NCBI GenBank assembly: GCA_963767925.1
Contig: CAVYGB010000010.1
Coordinates: 1,760,001-1,824,000 of the forward strand
Reading direction: 5' to 3'
DNA: 64,000 nucleotides
Origin: an uncultured delta proteobacterium
GTDB taxonomy: Bacteria; Myxococcota_A; Polyangia; Fen-1088
Shown here: piece by piece, positions 1-10,703 of the stretch
How the letters are laid out: each line of letters opens with the position of its first letter
Position numbering within the stretch: the stretch's first letter is position 1
Notes under the pieces: generated by a model
The model's database searches: none
What the model was told of the DNA's origin: nothing
The model's input: the letters and a program-made list of their open reading frames with translations, nothing else
Translations under genes and position numbers: made by a program

Positions 1-1098
1 GTCGAGCTGGTGACCCGGCAGGGGGCCCGCGCCCTCATCACCGACTCCAGCCAGAACGACGTGGCCATCAACCGCACTTTCTACGACGACGACCCGAGCA
101 ACGACCTGGGGGTGCCGATCCAGTGCGCGGCCTGCACCTCGGGATCGATCAACAACCCGGAGGCCATCGCCAGCGACCCGGCTACCCAGGCGGCCCTGCG
201 CAACCTCGACCGCTGGAACTTCCGCTCCACCATGGCCACCAAGCTGATGGCCCCGGTGGTTGTGCGGCTGCTGGGCGGCGGCGACCGGCTCGGCGACGTC
301 AACGGCGACGGCAAGCTCAAGCTCGCGGTCTACGCCAGCGACGAGAGCTTCGGCCAGGCCACCGCCGCCGATCTGCGGGCCAGCCTCGGTCAGCTCCGCC
401 CGGAGGCCGAGCTCATAGAGGTCATGCACCCGCGCGACGCCAATCCCTTCACCTACGACTGGGCCGGCGACCTGACCCGGATCAACGCGGACCGGCCGGA
501 CGCCATCGTGGTGGCCACCTTCCCCCAGCTCCACGGGGCCGTCGTCGCGGCGGCCAGCGTGCAGGCGGGCGCGCGGCTGTTTCACTTTCACAACATGCGC
601 AACCAGCGGGCCATCGAGTTCTCGCGCTCGGCCGGCAACAAGCAGGAGGGCATCTCCCACGTCTTGCTCGACGGCACCTCGGGGGATCGCTTCCGCGACG
701 ACTTCGAGGAGGCGGGCGGCATCCCGGTCGCGTTCCGCGACGCCGTCTTCTACGACGCCGCCCTGACCCTGATGCTGGCCACCATCATCGCCAGCGCCGA
801 GCTGGAGAACCCGGCCACCGTCAGCGGGGCCCAGATCCGGGACGCCCTCCCCTTCACCAGCGTCCCGACGGGTGAGCTGGTGGGCGCGGGGGTCGTCGAG
901 ATCGGCAGGGCCATCGAGCACATCCGGGCCGGGCGGGCCATCAACTACGCTGGCGCCTCGGGGCCCATGGACTTCGACGCCATCGGAAACATCCGCAACC
1001 GGCTGGCCCACTTCCGCGTCGACGGCTTCAAGAGCATCGACCTCGCCACCTTCGACTGCGTGCAGAGCGACGACTGCCCCCAGCAGACGCCCCGCTGA
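1..1098 (+). CDS. ABC-type branched-chain amino acid substrate-binding protein (type 1 periplasmic binding fold), 5' part outside window
   Basis: Frame is open from base 1. Motifs NFRST, YDAA and INYAGASGPMDFD-x-x-G are typical of LivJ-like binding proteins. Confidence 0.75.
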   Translation, partial: VELVTRQGARALITDSSQNDVAINRTFYDDDPSNDLGVPIQCAACTSGSINNPEAIASDPATQAALRNLDRWNFRSTMATKLMAPVVVRLLGGGDRLGDVNGDGKLKLAVYASDESFGQATAADLRASLGQLRPEAELIEVMHPRDANPFTYDWAGDLTRINADRPDAIVVATFPQLHGAVVAAASVQAGARLFHFHNMRNQRAIEFSRSAGNKQEGISHVLLDGTSGDRFRDDFEEAGGIPVAFRDAVFYDAALTLMLATIIASAELENPATVSGAQIRDALPFTSVPTGELVGAGVVEIGRAIEHIRAGRAINYAGASGPMDFDAIGNIRNRLAHFRVDGFKSIDLATFDCVQSDDCPQQTPR

Positions 1099-1128
1099 CC
1101 CCGTGGCGCCGTGGTACGGTTCCGGGCC

Positions 1129-1494
1129 ATGGACGCCCGGGACCAGCTCATCGCGATCTCCCACCAGCTCGCGGCGGCGATCTCGCGCCGGGACACCGAG
1201 ACGGTGAGCGGGCTGCTGGCGCCCGGCTTCCTGCACCGGACGGTGGGCGGGGGCTCGGTCGCGGCGGGCGACTTCCTGCGCGGCATCCAGCAGATCCCGG
1301 GCGAGCTCCAGGCGGTGGAGGTCGATCGCATCGCCGTCGACCTGCGGGACGAGCAGGCGATCGTCACGGGCATCCAGAGCGCCCGCCTGATCCTCGAGGG
1401 CAAGGCGATCGAGGACCGGCGGGGATTCGTCGACTGGTTCGTGCGCCAGCCCGAAGGCTGGCGCCTGCTGCTGGCGATCGACTTCGTCGTTTAA
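1129..1494 (+). CDS. NTF2-like / DUF4440 family protein
   Basis: About 120 aa with SnoaL/NTF2 pattern (RRD...LLAPGF; DWFVRQPEGWRLL). ATG at 1129. Confidence 0.7.
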   Translation: MDARDQLIAISHQLAAAISRRDTETVSGLLAPGFLHRTVGGGSVAAGDFLRGIQQIPGELQAVEVDRIAVDLRDEQAIVTGIQSARLILEGKAIEDRRGFVDWFVRQPEGWRLLLAIDFVV

Positions 1495-2330
1495 GCGATC
1501 GCGGCGGCGACGCCGCGCAGGTAGGCCAGCGACTCGCGGATGCCGGGCACCGGGTTGTCGGGGTTGATCTCGTACTCCAGGGCCAGGTGGCCGGCGAAGC
1601 GGCGCTTGGCCAGCGCGCGCAGCAGCCCGACGATGTCGATGACCCCGGTGCCCACCTCGACCCGCGGGCTCTTGTCGGTCTTCTCCTTCATGTCCTTGAC
1701 GTGCAGATCGAACAGCCGGTCGCCACACTCGGCGACGCAGGCGGTGGGATCGACCCCGCTGCGGATGGTGTGGCCCACGTCCATGCACACGCCCAGCCGG
1801 CGATCGCGCTTCTTGATGACCGCCATGATCTCACGCGGCGTCGGGTAGTGCTTGTCCTCGGGGCCGTGGTTGTGGATGGCCAGCGGCAGGTCGAACTCCT
1901 TGACCGCCTTCTCCACCACGTCGATGAGCTCCGGGTTGGGAGCGCCCACGATCAGCGGGGCCTGGGCGGCCTTGGCGTATTCGAAGGCGCGGCGCACCTC
2001 CTCCTCGCTCTTCATGTAGATGACACCCAGGCCGGCCAGGGTGACGCCGGCGGCGGTCAGCTTGGCGCGCGCGGCGGCCAGCTCCTCGGGCGTGGACTTG
2101 AGGGGCAGGTGCATGTCCTTGAGGGTCAGGTGCTTGACGTTGGCCTGCTTGCACAGCTCCAGGACCTGATCGAGCGATTGCTTGCGCATCGAATAGGAGG
2201 CGAGGCCGATCTTCAGCGCGGACGAACGCGGCGCGGCCGCGTGCGCCCGGGGGCTGCCGGCGGTGACCGATGCTGCCAGGAGGGCTCCGGCGGACAGAGC
2301 GCTCCGGCGCGAAAACGCTTGAGGTTTCAT
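1491..2330 (-). CDS. Sugar phosphate isomerase/epimerase (AP endonuclease 2 TIM barrel) with Tat-like signal
   Basis: SRRSAL twin-arginine leader; AIHNHGP, DVGH, HVKD and LEYE motifs. Confidence 0.85.
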   Translation of the reverse strand: MKPQAFSRRSALSAGALLAASVTAGSPRAHAAAPRSSALKIGLASYSMRKQSLDQVLELCKQANVKHLTLKDMHLPLKSTPEELAAARAKLTAAGVTLAGLGVIYMKSEEEVRRAFEYAKAAQAPLIVGAPNPELIDVVEKAVKEFDLPLAIHNHGPEDKHYPTPREIMAVIKKRDRRLGVCMDVGHTIRSGVDPTACVAECGDRLFDLHVKDMKEKTDKSPRVEVGTGVIDIVGLLRALAKRRFAGHLALEYEINPDNPVPGIRESLAYLRGVAAAIA

Positions 2331-2489
2331 GGCCGGCGACTCTACCCGCGAACCTCCAGGGAGGGGAAAACAACAGGGGCCCCCGCCCGGTCGGCGCCGC
2401 CCGGTCGGTGTCCGCCTCGATTTGTCGCCGTGGTGGGCGGACACATCTTGGCCAGGTGGGCGGTTGACGCGCCCCCGGGGGTCACCGCG

Positions 2490-3698
2490 ATGGAACCGCA
2501 GCTTCACGCCGCCGCCCGCACCGCCGAGCTCCCCGATCTATCGCTGACCGACGGCGACGACCTCGATCGCATCGAGGGGATCTGGCGGGAGCTGTGGGCG
2601 CGCACCGAGCCGGTGCCGCCGATGTTGCAGTTCGACTGGATCCGCCAGTGGTGGCGCCTGCACCGCGACGAGGGACGGCTGTTCGTGCTGTTGATCTTCG
2701 ACGACCGGCGGCAGCCGCTGGGCCTGGCGCCGCTGTACCTGCGCGACGAGGGGCTGTCGCACCCCGAGCGCTGCCTGCGCACGGTCGGCTTCCTCGGCAC
2801 CGGCGAGGCGGAGGGCGACGAGGTGACCGGCGAATACACGACCTGGCTGGGCCCCCCGGCGGCGATGCCGATCGTGACCCGCGGCCTGCTGGCCCGCCTG
2901 GCCGACACGCGGGGGGCCTGGGACCGCCTGCGGCTCGACTGTCTCTGGCCGGAGGCGGACATCCACGGCGCGCTGCTGCGCGCGCTGGGCGCCGACGCTG
3001 CTCACGCCGAGATCAGCAGCCGGCCCAGCTTCCGCTCGAGCGTGCGGCCGCTCGACGGCTACCTGCGGGCGTTGCCCTCGGCCAACTTCCGCCACCGCTG
3101 CCGGCGGGCGCTGCGCGAGGGAGATGAGCAAGGCCTGCAGCTCGTGCGGGCCGGGAACGCCGCCGAGGGGGCGGAGATGTTCGAGGCGCTGGTCCACCTG
3201 CACCAGCGGCGCTGGCGGCGCCGGGGCGAGCCGGGCGCCTTCGCCAGCTCGGTGTTCAGCGGCTTTCAGTGGGCGCTGCTCGATCGCCACCTGGCCAGCG
3301 GGGCGGCCTGGCTGGTGGGGCTGCGCCAGGGGGAGCGCTGGCTGGCGGTGCGCTATCTGCTGCAAGCGGGCGGGCGGCTCTACGATTACCTTTCGGGCGT
3401 CGACACCGAGGCCAGCCCGGCCCTGGCCCCGGGTCTGCTGCTGCACCTGCAGACCATGGCGGCGGCGGCGGCCGCGGGGGTGACGGTCTACGATCTGATG
3501 GCGGGCGAGGCGGACTACAAGCGCCACCTGGCGCTGGAGGTGACGGAGGTGCCCACCCTCGACGTCTTCGCGCCGACGATGCGCGCGCGGTTGTGGCTCG
3601 CGGCGCGCAACCTGCGCCGCCGGCTGGCCAGCCGGCGGGCGGGGACCCAGCCGCCGGTGGAGAGGCCCCCGGCGGGGCCCGAGCTCGTACACGTTTGA
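2490..3698 (+). CDS. CelD/BcsL-type GNAT acetyltransferase
   Basis: Motifs W..LW, GLAPLY, HLHQRRW..RGEPGAF, APGLLL, YDLMAGEADYK. Confidence 0.8.
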   Translation: MEPQLHAAARTAELPDLSLTDGDDLDRIEGIWRELWARTEPVPPMLQFDWIRQWWRLHRDEGRLFVLLIFDDRRQPLGLAPLYLRDEGLSHPERCLRTVGFLGTGEAEGDEVTGEYTTWLGPPAAMPIVTRGLLARLADTRGAWDRLRLDCLWPEADIHGALLRALGADAAHAEISSRPSFRSSVRPLDGYLRALPSANFRHRCRRALREGDEQGLQLVRAGNAAEGAEMFEALVHLHQRRWRRRGEPGAFASSVFSGFQWALLDRHLASGAAWLVGLRQGERWLAVRYLLQAGGRLYDYLSGVDTEASPALAPGLLLHLQTMAAAAAAGVTVYDLMAGEADYKRHLALEVTEVPTLDVFAPTMRARLWLAARNLRRRLASRRAGTQPPVERPPAGPELVHV

Positions 3699-3814
3699 CG
3701 GATTTCGTGCACGTGCACGAGCACGTGAGACGTGCACGTTTGACGGATCCCGTGCACGGGAGGCGTGCTCGTGCTCGTGAGACGTGCACGTCTGACGGAT
3801 CCGTGCACGTGCAC
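3687..3814. repeat. Three direct copies of a REP-like unit CGTGCACG-tYtgacggat-x-CGTGCACG between convergent genes
   Basis: Units at about 3687-3713, 3725-3758 and 3777-3809. CGTGCACG is self-complementary. Confidence 0.8.
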
Positions 3815-3825
3815 CGATCTGTATC

Positions 3826-4947
3826 TCAGCCGCCGCGGACCCGGGCCAGGCCGGCGCGCAGCAGTCCCACCGTTCGGCGGGCCCCCGGCACCCTCTTGAT
3901 CCCCTCGCGCAGCAACGGCACCGCCCAGTGGACCAGGCGAGCCCGGGCCCGATCCGCGTACACCCGCAGCGTGCCCATGCGCTCGTGCTGGCTGACCCAG
4001 CGGTCCTTCCAGGGGGAAGCGGCGCCCAGGTGGTATGAGCCGGCCTCGCCCCGCTCGATCGACCGGCGCAGGACCATCATGCGCAGGACCGTGCCGGGCG
4101 AATGGCGGGCGAGCGACTGGTCGTAGCCGATCTTCAGGCAGTCGAGGCGCCCCTCGCTGCGCAGGTCGTATTCGAAGGCGATGAGGCGGCCGTCGAGCTT
4201 GAGCTGGTAGAGGGCCAGCTTGCCCCGGGCGGCGGCGCGGGCGGCCAGCAGCTTGTAGAACAGGCGCGCGCCCGGCTCGCCGAGGATGGAACTGCCCGAG
4301 GTCCCCTTCCAGCCGCGGGCCTCGAGCTCGAAGCAGGCGTCGAGCGCCGGGCCGAGGCAAGGGCCCCCTTCACACACCTCCATCTCGAGCTTGCCCAGCG
4401 CCGCCAGCTTGGCGTGGTGGCGGCCGTCGCGGCGCAGGTTGCGGGACAACCTGCGCTCGAACTCGGACCAGGGGCCGGCCAGGGGAACGCTCACCTCGCT
4501 GGCCGGGTGCTCCTGCTCGACGAGCGGCAGCTCGCGGAAGCTCGCCTCGAGGCGCAGGGCCCGGGCCAGCGGGCCGTCGAGCGGCAGGCGGCGCAGCTCG
4601 AGGCAGTCGCAGCGGTCGAACAGCCGATCGAACAGCAGCGCCGCCAGCCGCGGGTGCTCGACGTCGAGCGGAGGGACCCAGCAGGGCACGTGTGGGTTGT
4701 GCAGCCCGACCAGCGTGCGGACGAGGCCCAGCTCGCGCCGCAGGGGGACCGCCGCCACCACCGACCCCCGGCTCGACAGGAGATGAACCGCCACGTCGTC
4801 GCGCGAGAAGAAGCCCTCCCACAGCGAGCTGATCCAGGCCGCGCCAGAGAACGCGGGCAGGCGGCGTCGTTCCACCAGGCTGTCGATGGCGGTGCTCCAG
4901 GACTGGAGCTCCCGGGGATCGCGAACTTCCGACCAGACGGGAACCAC
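3826..4947 (-). CDS. CelD/BcsL-type GNAT acetyltransferase
   Basis: Motifs LEARGWKG, LDGRLIAFEY, KIGYD...HSPG, WKDRW. Start uncertain. Confidence 0.8.
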   Translation of the reverse strand: MVPVWSEVRDPRELQSWSTAIDSLVERRRLPAFSGAAWISSLWEGFFSRDDVAVHLLSSRGSVVAAVPLRRELGLVRTLVGLHNPHVPCWVPPLDVEHPRLAALLFDRLFDRCDCLELRRLPLDGPLARALRLEASFRELPLVEQEHPASEVSVPLAGPWSEFERRLSRNLRRDGRHHAKLAALGKLEMEVCEGGPCLGPALDACFELEARGWKGTSGSSILGEPGARLFYKLLAARAAARGKLALYQLKLDGRLIAFEYDLRSEGRLDCLKIGYDQSLARHSPGTVLRMMVLRRSIERGEAGSYHLGAASPWKDRWVSQHERMGTLRVYADRARARLVHWAVPLLREGIKRVPGARRTVGLLRAGLARVRGG

Positions 4948-5062
4948 CCGGTCACCGTAAGTTCACACGCCGGCGAAAACCAGACGGAGTGGTCCCGATT
5001 GAACCTCACACCGTCGTCGCGCGCGGAAGAACGGCGAGCGCGGTGTGCTAGCGTGGGGAGCG

Positions 5063-7655
5063 ATGAGAGGATCGGTTCGGCTCGTCAGCGTGCTGGGTGT
5101 AGTCCTCACGGTTCCGGGGTCGGTGCTGGTGGTGGGCGCGGCGCGCGCGGAGACAAACTTCGTCCTGCGCGATGTGGGCCAGGGCGTGACGTTGCCCACG
5201 GCCCACGGCATCGCCGGAGACTTCGACGCCACCGCCACCCGCTCGAACCCCGCCGGGCTCGCCACCCTGGGCGGCTTCAGCCTCGGCTTCGGCGGCACGC
5301 GCCTGGCGGAGGATCGCACCGTGCGCGGCGGCGGCGGCTGGGGCGCGTTCCTCGCCGTGCCGCTCGCGCTGCGCCTGCGCGAGGGCGAGCCCTTCCGCCT
5401 GAGCTACGGCTTCGCCTGGGAGCGGGTGCAGTCGCCGCGGAGCTGGCGGGCCGACGGCGCCGACGTGCGCGTCGCTCCCTACGACGCCACGCTGTTCACC
5501 AACAGCGTCGGGGTGGGCACCCGGCGGGCCTCCTTCGGCTGGTCGATCGCGCGCATCAACTGGGCCGACAGCCCCGAGAGCGCGGGGACCACCACCCACC
5601 ACGTGGGCGCCAACCTGCGCCCGGCCCGGTTCGTCGCCCTGGGGCTCGTGTGGCGGGACATCTTCGAGCCGGCCGGCCGCACCGGATCGGAGCGGTTCCA
5701 GCGCGCCTTCGACGCCGAGGTGGCGGCACGGCCGCTCGGCGACTGGCGGCTCGAGGTGGCGGGAGGCGCCCAGCTCGGCGCCGAGGGCTTCGTCGATCTG
5801 CGCGGGCGGGTGGTGGCCCGCCCGCTCGACGGGGTGGCGCTGTTCGGCCACGTCGAGTCGGTCGAGCGGCGCTTCGGCGCGCCCGACGCGCCCAGCTCGC
5901 GCGACCTGCGGGTGCTGGTGGGGCTGGGCTTCGACCTGCGCTACGGGCGCCGGCAGGAGACCGCCGGCGCGGCCTACGGCACCTTGACCTCCAGCAAGGG
6001 CGCCGGCAGCGCCTACGCCGGATCGAGCCTGTTCGTGCACTCGACCGACGAGGCCTTCCCCTCGCTGATCGAGCCGGCCCGCTTCGAGCGCCTCGAGATC
6101 GCCGGCGAGCAGGACGAGCGCGAGCACGTGCGCACGATCGTGGCGCTCGGCGACGCTCGAGCGGGCCGACGAGGTCCGGGGCGTCGTGCTCGAGCTCGGC
6201 GAGAGCGACCTCGGCTGGGGACGCACCGAGGAGCTGCGCGAGCGGGTGGTGGCCCTGCGCAAGCGGGGCAAGATCATCATCACCTTCCTCAAACACGCGG
6301 GCATGCGCCAGTATTACCTGGCCTCGGCCGGCGATCGCATCCTCCTGCACCCGGCCGCCAGCATCGAGCTGCGGGGGATCGCCGGCCTGCAGCTCTTCGC
6401 CCGGCTGCTGCTGGAGAAGATCGGCCTGGGCGCCCAGGTCACCCAGCTCGCCGAATACAAGAGCGCGGGGGAGATCTTCACCCGGGAGGGCCCCTCGGAG
6501 GCGGCCAGCGAGCAGACCCGGACCTTCATCGGCGACGTCCACGCCCGCTTCATCGAGGCGGTCGCCCGCGAGCGCAGCCTGACCCCCGACCAGCTCGCGG
6601 CCCTGCTGGCCCGGACCGCACTGACCCCGGCCGATCTGCTGTCGTCCAAGCTTGTCGACGAGATCGCCCACGACGACGTGGTCGAGGAGCGGGTGGGCAA
6701 GCTGCTCGGCCGCAAGGTGCGCTTCTCGAAGGAGCGCCCCGCCCCCCTGCGGCCGACCCAGTGGAGCGCGCCCGAGATCGCGGTCGTGCACGTCACCGGC
6801 GAGATCGTCGACACCGGGGAGAGCGAAGGGCTGTTCTCGCAGCAGCAGACCCCCCGGCAGGTGGCCGAGGCGATCCGGGACGCCCGCGAGTCGGGCCGGG
6901 TGCGGGCCATCGTGCTGCGGGTCAACAGCCCCGGCGGCATGGTGCAGCCGAGCGAGCTCATCGCCCGCGAGGTGGAGCTGACCCGGGGCAAGAAGCCGAT
7001 CCTCGTCTCGATGGGCGACCTGGCCGCCTCGGGCGGCTACTGGGTAGCAGCCCCTGCCGACGCCATCTTCGCCTCGCCCTCGACCCTCACCGGATCGATC
7101 GGCGTGGTGAGCGTCCGCTTCTCGCTCGGCGACCTGGCCCAGCGGATCGGCATCAGCGGCGCGGTCGAGAAGACCGCCCCCCACGCCGACGCCTACAACC
7201 CCCTGCGCCCGTTTTCCCCCGAGGAGCTGGCGGGCCACCAGACCGAGATGCGCTACGTGTACGACCGCTTCCTCGACCGGGTGGCCGCCGGCCGCCGCCG
7301 CTCGCGCGACAGCGTCGACGCCGTCGCCCGCGGCCGCATCTGGTCGGGCCAGCGCGCCCTGGGCCACGGCCTGGTCGACCGCCTGGAGGGCCTCGGCGCC
7401 GTCATCCAGGAGGCCCGCCGCCGGGCCGGCCTGGCCGACCGCACGCGCGTCAACGTCGTCTCCCTCCCCCTCGAATCGGGCAGCCTGCTCGAGCGCCTGA
7501 TCAAACCCCCCGGCTCGAACACCCCGCTGCCCCTCCCCGCCACCGCCCGCAAGCTCCTCAGCGCCATCCCCCGCCTCTACCTCTACCCCCCCACCCGCCC
7601 CCTGGCCCGCGCCCCCCTGGCCGAAGCCGCCCTGGGGATCACGCCCCTACCCTGA
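5063..7655 (+). CDS. sppA: Signal peptide peptidase SppA (S49) with large N-terminal beta-rich extension; +1 frameshift at about 6150
   Basis: Motifs YKSAGE, LRVNSPGG, SMGDLAASGGYW, TGSIGV, ARGRIWSG. Removing one G at 6149-6150 joins ORF 5045 to ORF 6186. Confidence 0.85.
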
Positions 7656-7887
7656 AGCCGGTGTCTCCTTCCGCCCCGGGCGGCGGTGGGCCGCCGCCCC
7701 TTCACCGTTGCGTAGGGGGATAGGTCCATCGACTCAGCTCCGCCTCGAGGACACGCGATGAGTCCGACGAGATCGGAGGACTGTCGGCGACTGTCGAAGC
7801 CGCTCAGGCGTCAACGGTCCCGCGCCGATGTTAAGGGACGACGGCACGTCCTCGTGGACTTGGCTGTCATCACCGGCAACCGCCGGT

Positions 7888-7903
7888 CGGCATGGCCGTT
7901 GCT
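7888..7903 (+). promoter_or_regulatory. Sigma54 (-24/-12) promoter candidate
   Basis: CGGCATGGCCGTTGCT matches YGGCAYG-N4-TTGCW, 55 bp upstream of ATG 7959. Confidence 0.6.
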
Positions 7904-7958
7904 GTAGTGGTCCGCGGAACCACCCGCGACAGACAACCACCGCTCGACGAGGATTTCC

Positions 7959-8411
7959 ATGAACAGCATCAGCAGCGCCACGTTCTCCGCCGCAAGCCCC
8001 TCCTTCGACGCCGCCCAGCTCGACGATAGCCGCATTCATCTGCGCGCCCTGGACGGCGAATTCGCGGGGCCAGATGCTGTCGACGGGTTCGACCCGCCCC
8101 GGAATCGGAACAATCGCAGTATTTTCGAGTCGAGTGGAGAATCCCTGGAACTAACCAAGCCCGAGGCACAGGCGTTCGACCCGGATCAGCCCCAGAAGTT
8201 CGCGATCGTTCCGATACTCGTGGCAGCCGGAGAGGCCGTCGTGACGCTCGCCGGGGCCGTTGTCGTCAGCCTCATCGCCAACGAGATCACGAGGAGGGTC
8301 CACCAGACAAATCAGACGAAGCCGCAACCCATGCCGCCGCAACCCCCACCGACTGGCCCGGCGAACCCGCAGGCGGGCATCGTCATCACGCCTCTTCCGC
8401 CGCCTACCTGA
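7959..8411 (+). CDS. Hypothetical 150-aa protein: acidic N-half, hydrophobic helix, Pro/Gln/Thr tail (possible peptide precursor)
   Basis: GAGGA RBS before ATG, sigma54 motif upstream, non-shadow amino acid composition. Confidence 0.6.
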   Translation: MNSISSATFSAASPSFDAAQLDDSRIHLRALDGEFAGPDAVDGFDPPRNRNNRSIFESSGESLELTKPEAQAFDPDQPQKFAIVPILVAAGEAVVTLAGAVVVSLIANEITRRVHQTNQTKPQPMPPQPPPTGPANPQAGIVITPLPPPT

Positions 8412-8448
8412 CCGCCCCTCGAGGCGTGGATCGTGAGAGCGTGGCAAA

Positions 8449-8691
8449 ATGCTGACCAGCGAGGCTACAGATATGACAAGCGACAAGCTACCAGCAAGGC
8501 GCGACCTCTGGGTCATCCTGGCGATCACCAGCGTGCTCGCCGTGCTTTTGACGACCTTGGCGAACCAGGGAGCTCTGGGTTGGTTCGGAACGCAGGGCAA
8601 CGGCTGGATCCTCTTCCGCTCGGCGGTAGCGGCCACGGCAGCCTGGACCATGGTGAAGGTCTGGCGGCTGATGAGGCGCCCTGCCCCCTAG
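8449..8691 (+). CDS. Small two-TM membrane protein
   Basis: Two hydrophobic segments and a basic C-terminus. Alternative start at 8473 (GAGG upstream). Confidence 0.55.
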   Translation: MLTSEATDMTSDKLPARRDLWVILAITSVLAVLLTTLANQGALGWFGTQGNGWILFRSAVAATAAWTMVKVWRLMRRPAP

Positions 8692-8962
8692 AATCGCGCG
8701 GGCCGGGTTCCGTCATGAGAGATCTCCTCCTATCGATGAAGACTCGAACGACATCGTCATACGGGAGCTGCGGCTTCCGTGAGCGTGCCGCTCCGGTTAG
8801 CGCGTGAAGAGGCGGCGGCGGGGGCGGGGGGCGGGAGCCAGCGGCCGCTGAAGGCTGTACCTAACGTCGGGACACGACAGGCTGCTTCCGTCCCGCCATG
8901 GTTGGTGGGTCTCTGGCGCGCCGACCGAGATGCCCGCACGCGGAGGAACCACGCGGAGGAAC

Positions 8963-9412
8963 ATGGAAAGACAGGTCGCCCTGACGTTCGACGTTGAGTT
9001 TCCCGACCGGCCGAACTGGCAGGCCGACAACCTCGCCGGCCTGCTGGACACGCTCGCCAGCAAACGCGTGACGGCGACGTTCTTCCTTCAAGGCCAGTGG
9101 GTGGACGCTTGCCCCGCGCTGGCACGACGGATCGCCGCCGAGGGCCACTCGATCGGCAATCACTCGTTCTCTCACTGCAACTACCTGTGGCTGAGCCAGG
9201 ACGGCCTCCGCGCCGACGTCCAGAAGGCCGAGAAGACCATCCTGGACATCACCGACCGCGATCCGCGGCCCTGGTTCCGCCTCCCTTACGGGTCCGGCTC
9301 GCGAGATCCGCGCATCCGCTCGTCCCTCCGGGAGCTGGGCTACCAGTGCGTGCACTGGAACGTCGACGCACGCGACTGGGACCCCGGGCGCACCCCCGAG
9401 GACCTCGTTGAC
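8963..9412 (+). pseudogene. Polysaccharide deacetylase (NodB-like), C-terminally truncated
   Basis: Motifs VALTFD, ATFFLQG, IGNHSFSH, WFRLPYG, WNVDARDW. The final ILLH motif is missing and the frame runs into unrelated sequence. Confidence 0.75.
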
Positions 9413-9414
9413 CT

Positions 9415-9828
9415 TGGAAGTTCACCGCCCAGCCCCACATGGACTATGAGATCTTCGGGGTCCGGCAGGGAGCGACCCTGCGTGCATTTGCCGTCTTGCG
9501 GCCGTGCCGGCGGCCAGAGCCGCCGGTGATCGTCCTGAGCGACTTCATCGTGTCTCGTCAGGACACCGCCGCGCTGACGGTGCTGTGTGAGCTGGTGCGC
9601 CGACGGGCCGTCACCCTCGGCCGGACCATGGTCACCACGACCAGCGTTCCAGAGTACCGAGCGGCGCTGCAAGCCTGTGGGTTCGTCGAGGTCGAGCAGC
9701 GCCGCCCGGTCTCTCCCTTCATCTGGTGCCGTCAGCAGCCGCCCGATCTGTTTCGACTGGCTCAGACCATGCTCGTCGGGCGGAGCGACTCGGACTGGGA
9801 CCAGTACCCCTACGCCGGGATGGCCTGA
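9415..9828 (+). pseudogene. C-terminal fragment of a probable GNAT-like protein
   Basis: Reads WKFTAQPHMDY...LSDF...CGF...DSDWD, with an in-frame stop just upstream (9409). Resembles the second half of tandem GNAT proteins. Confidence 0.45.
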
Positions 9829-9872
9829 GGCGTGGCCATGGACCTTTCCCCGAACCCGTCGAGTGGGCGCTA

Positions 9873-10703
9873 GTGTCCGCCTCGCCCCTGGTGAGCTGCC
9901 TCATGGTGACCACGGCGCGGGCCGACCGATTCCAGTGGATCGTCGGTTCGCTGGCCGACTACTGCGGGCAGACCCACGCCGATCGCGAGCTCGTCATCGT
10001 GCTCGACGACCCCGCGCCCTCCGACCGCCGGCGGCTCGAAGAGCACGTCGCCGGCCTGGACCGCTCCGATATCCGCACGCTAGCGCGCCCGAGTAAGCTC
10101 ACGCTCGGCGCTCTGCGGAACCTGGCCATGGACGCCGCGGGCGGCGAGGTGATCTGCCTGTGGGACGATGACGACCTTCACCATGCCCGCCGCATCGAAG
10201 TGCAGCTGGCCCGTCTGCTCGAGACCGGCGCCGGCGCCGTGCTCCTCTCGGATTGCCTTCATCTCTTCATGAACGAGAACCGGTGCTACTGGGTGAACTG
10301 GGCCCAGACCCGCTATAGGGGCCTGCCCGGGACGCTGCTCGCGCGCCGCGATCACGGGCTACGCTACCCCGAGAGCGGGCCATTTGCGCAAAAGGGTGAG
10401 GACACCAATCTGTTGCAGCGGCTCGTGCGGACTGTGCCCACCCACTTCCTGGCGGCCCCGCCCTTCTTGTACGTCTACCGGTTTCACGGGGCGAACACCT
10501 TCCAGCACGAGCACCACGCCATGCTGGCGGCCAGGTTCTGCGAGGGTGGTGCCCGGCTCCAGCAGCACCGGGCCGAGATCAGCCGCTGTTTGCAGGCGCT
10601 CGACCCGGGCCTGTCGCGAACGGCGGTGGTCGACCGCCGCGGGGTGGCCTTCCATCTAGCCGGCAGCGGGGTTCCTCCCACCGGGACCGTGGCTGCTTCG
10701 TGA
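9873..10703 (+). CDS. Glycosyltransferase family 2
   Basis: Motifs PLVSCLMVT, ELVIVLDD, LGALRN, WDDDD, GEDT, YVYRFHGANT. Start approximate. Confidence 0.8.
   Translation: MSASPLVSCLMVTTARADRFQWIVGSLADYCGQTHADRELVIVLDDPAPSDRRRLEEHVAGLDRSDIRTLARPSKLTLGALRNLAMDAAGGEVICLWDDDDLHHARRIEVQLARLLETGAGAVLLSDCLHLFMNENRCYWVNWAQTRYRGLPGTLLARRDHGLRYPESGPFAQKGEDTNLLQRLVRTVPTHFLAAPPFLYVYRFHGANTFQHEHHAMLAARFCEGGARLQQHRAEISRCLQALDPGLSRTAVVDRRGVAFHLAGSGVPPTGTVAAS

Noticed and set aside
3687..3814. Possible mini-CRISPR array
   Set aside because: Spacers are only about 11-18 bp and made of the same hexamers; no cas genes in the window.
8716..8807. Short ORF between the membrane peptide and NodB genes
   Set aside because: No clear RBS or motif; cannot be distinguished from noise.
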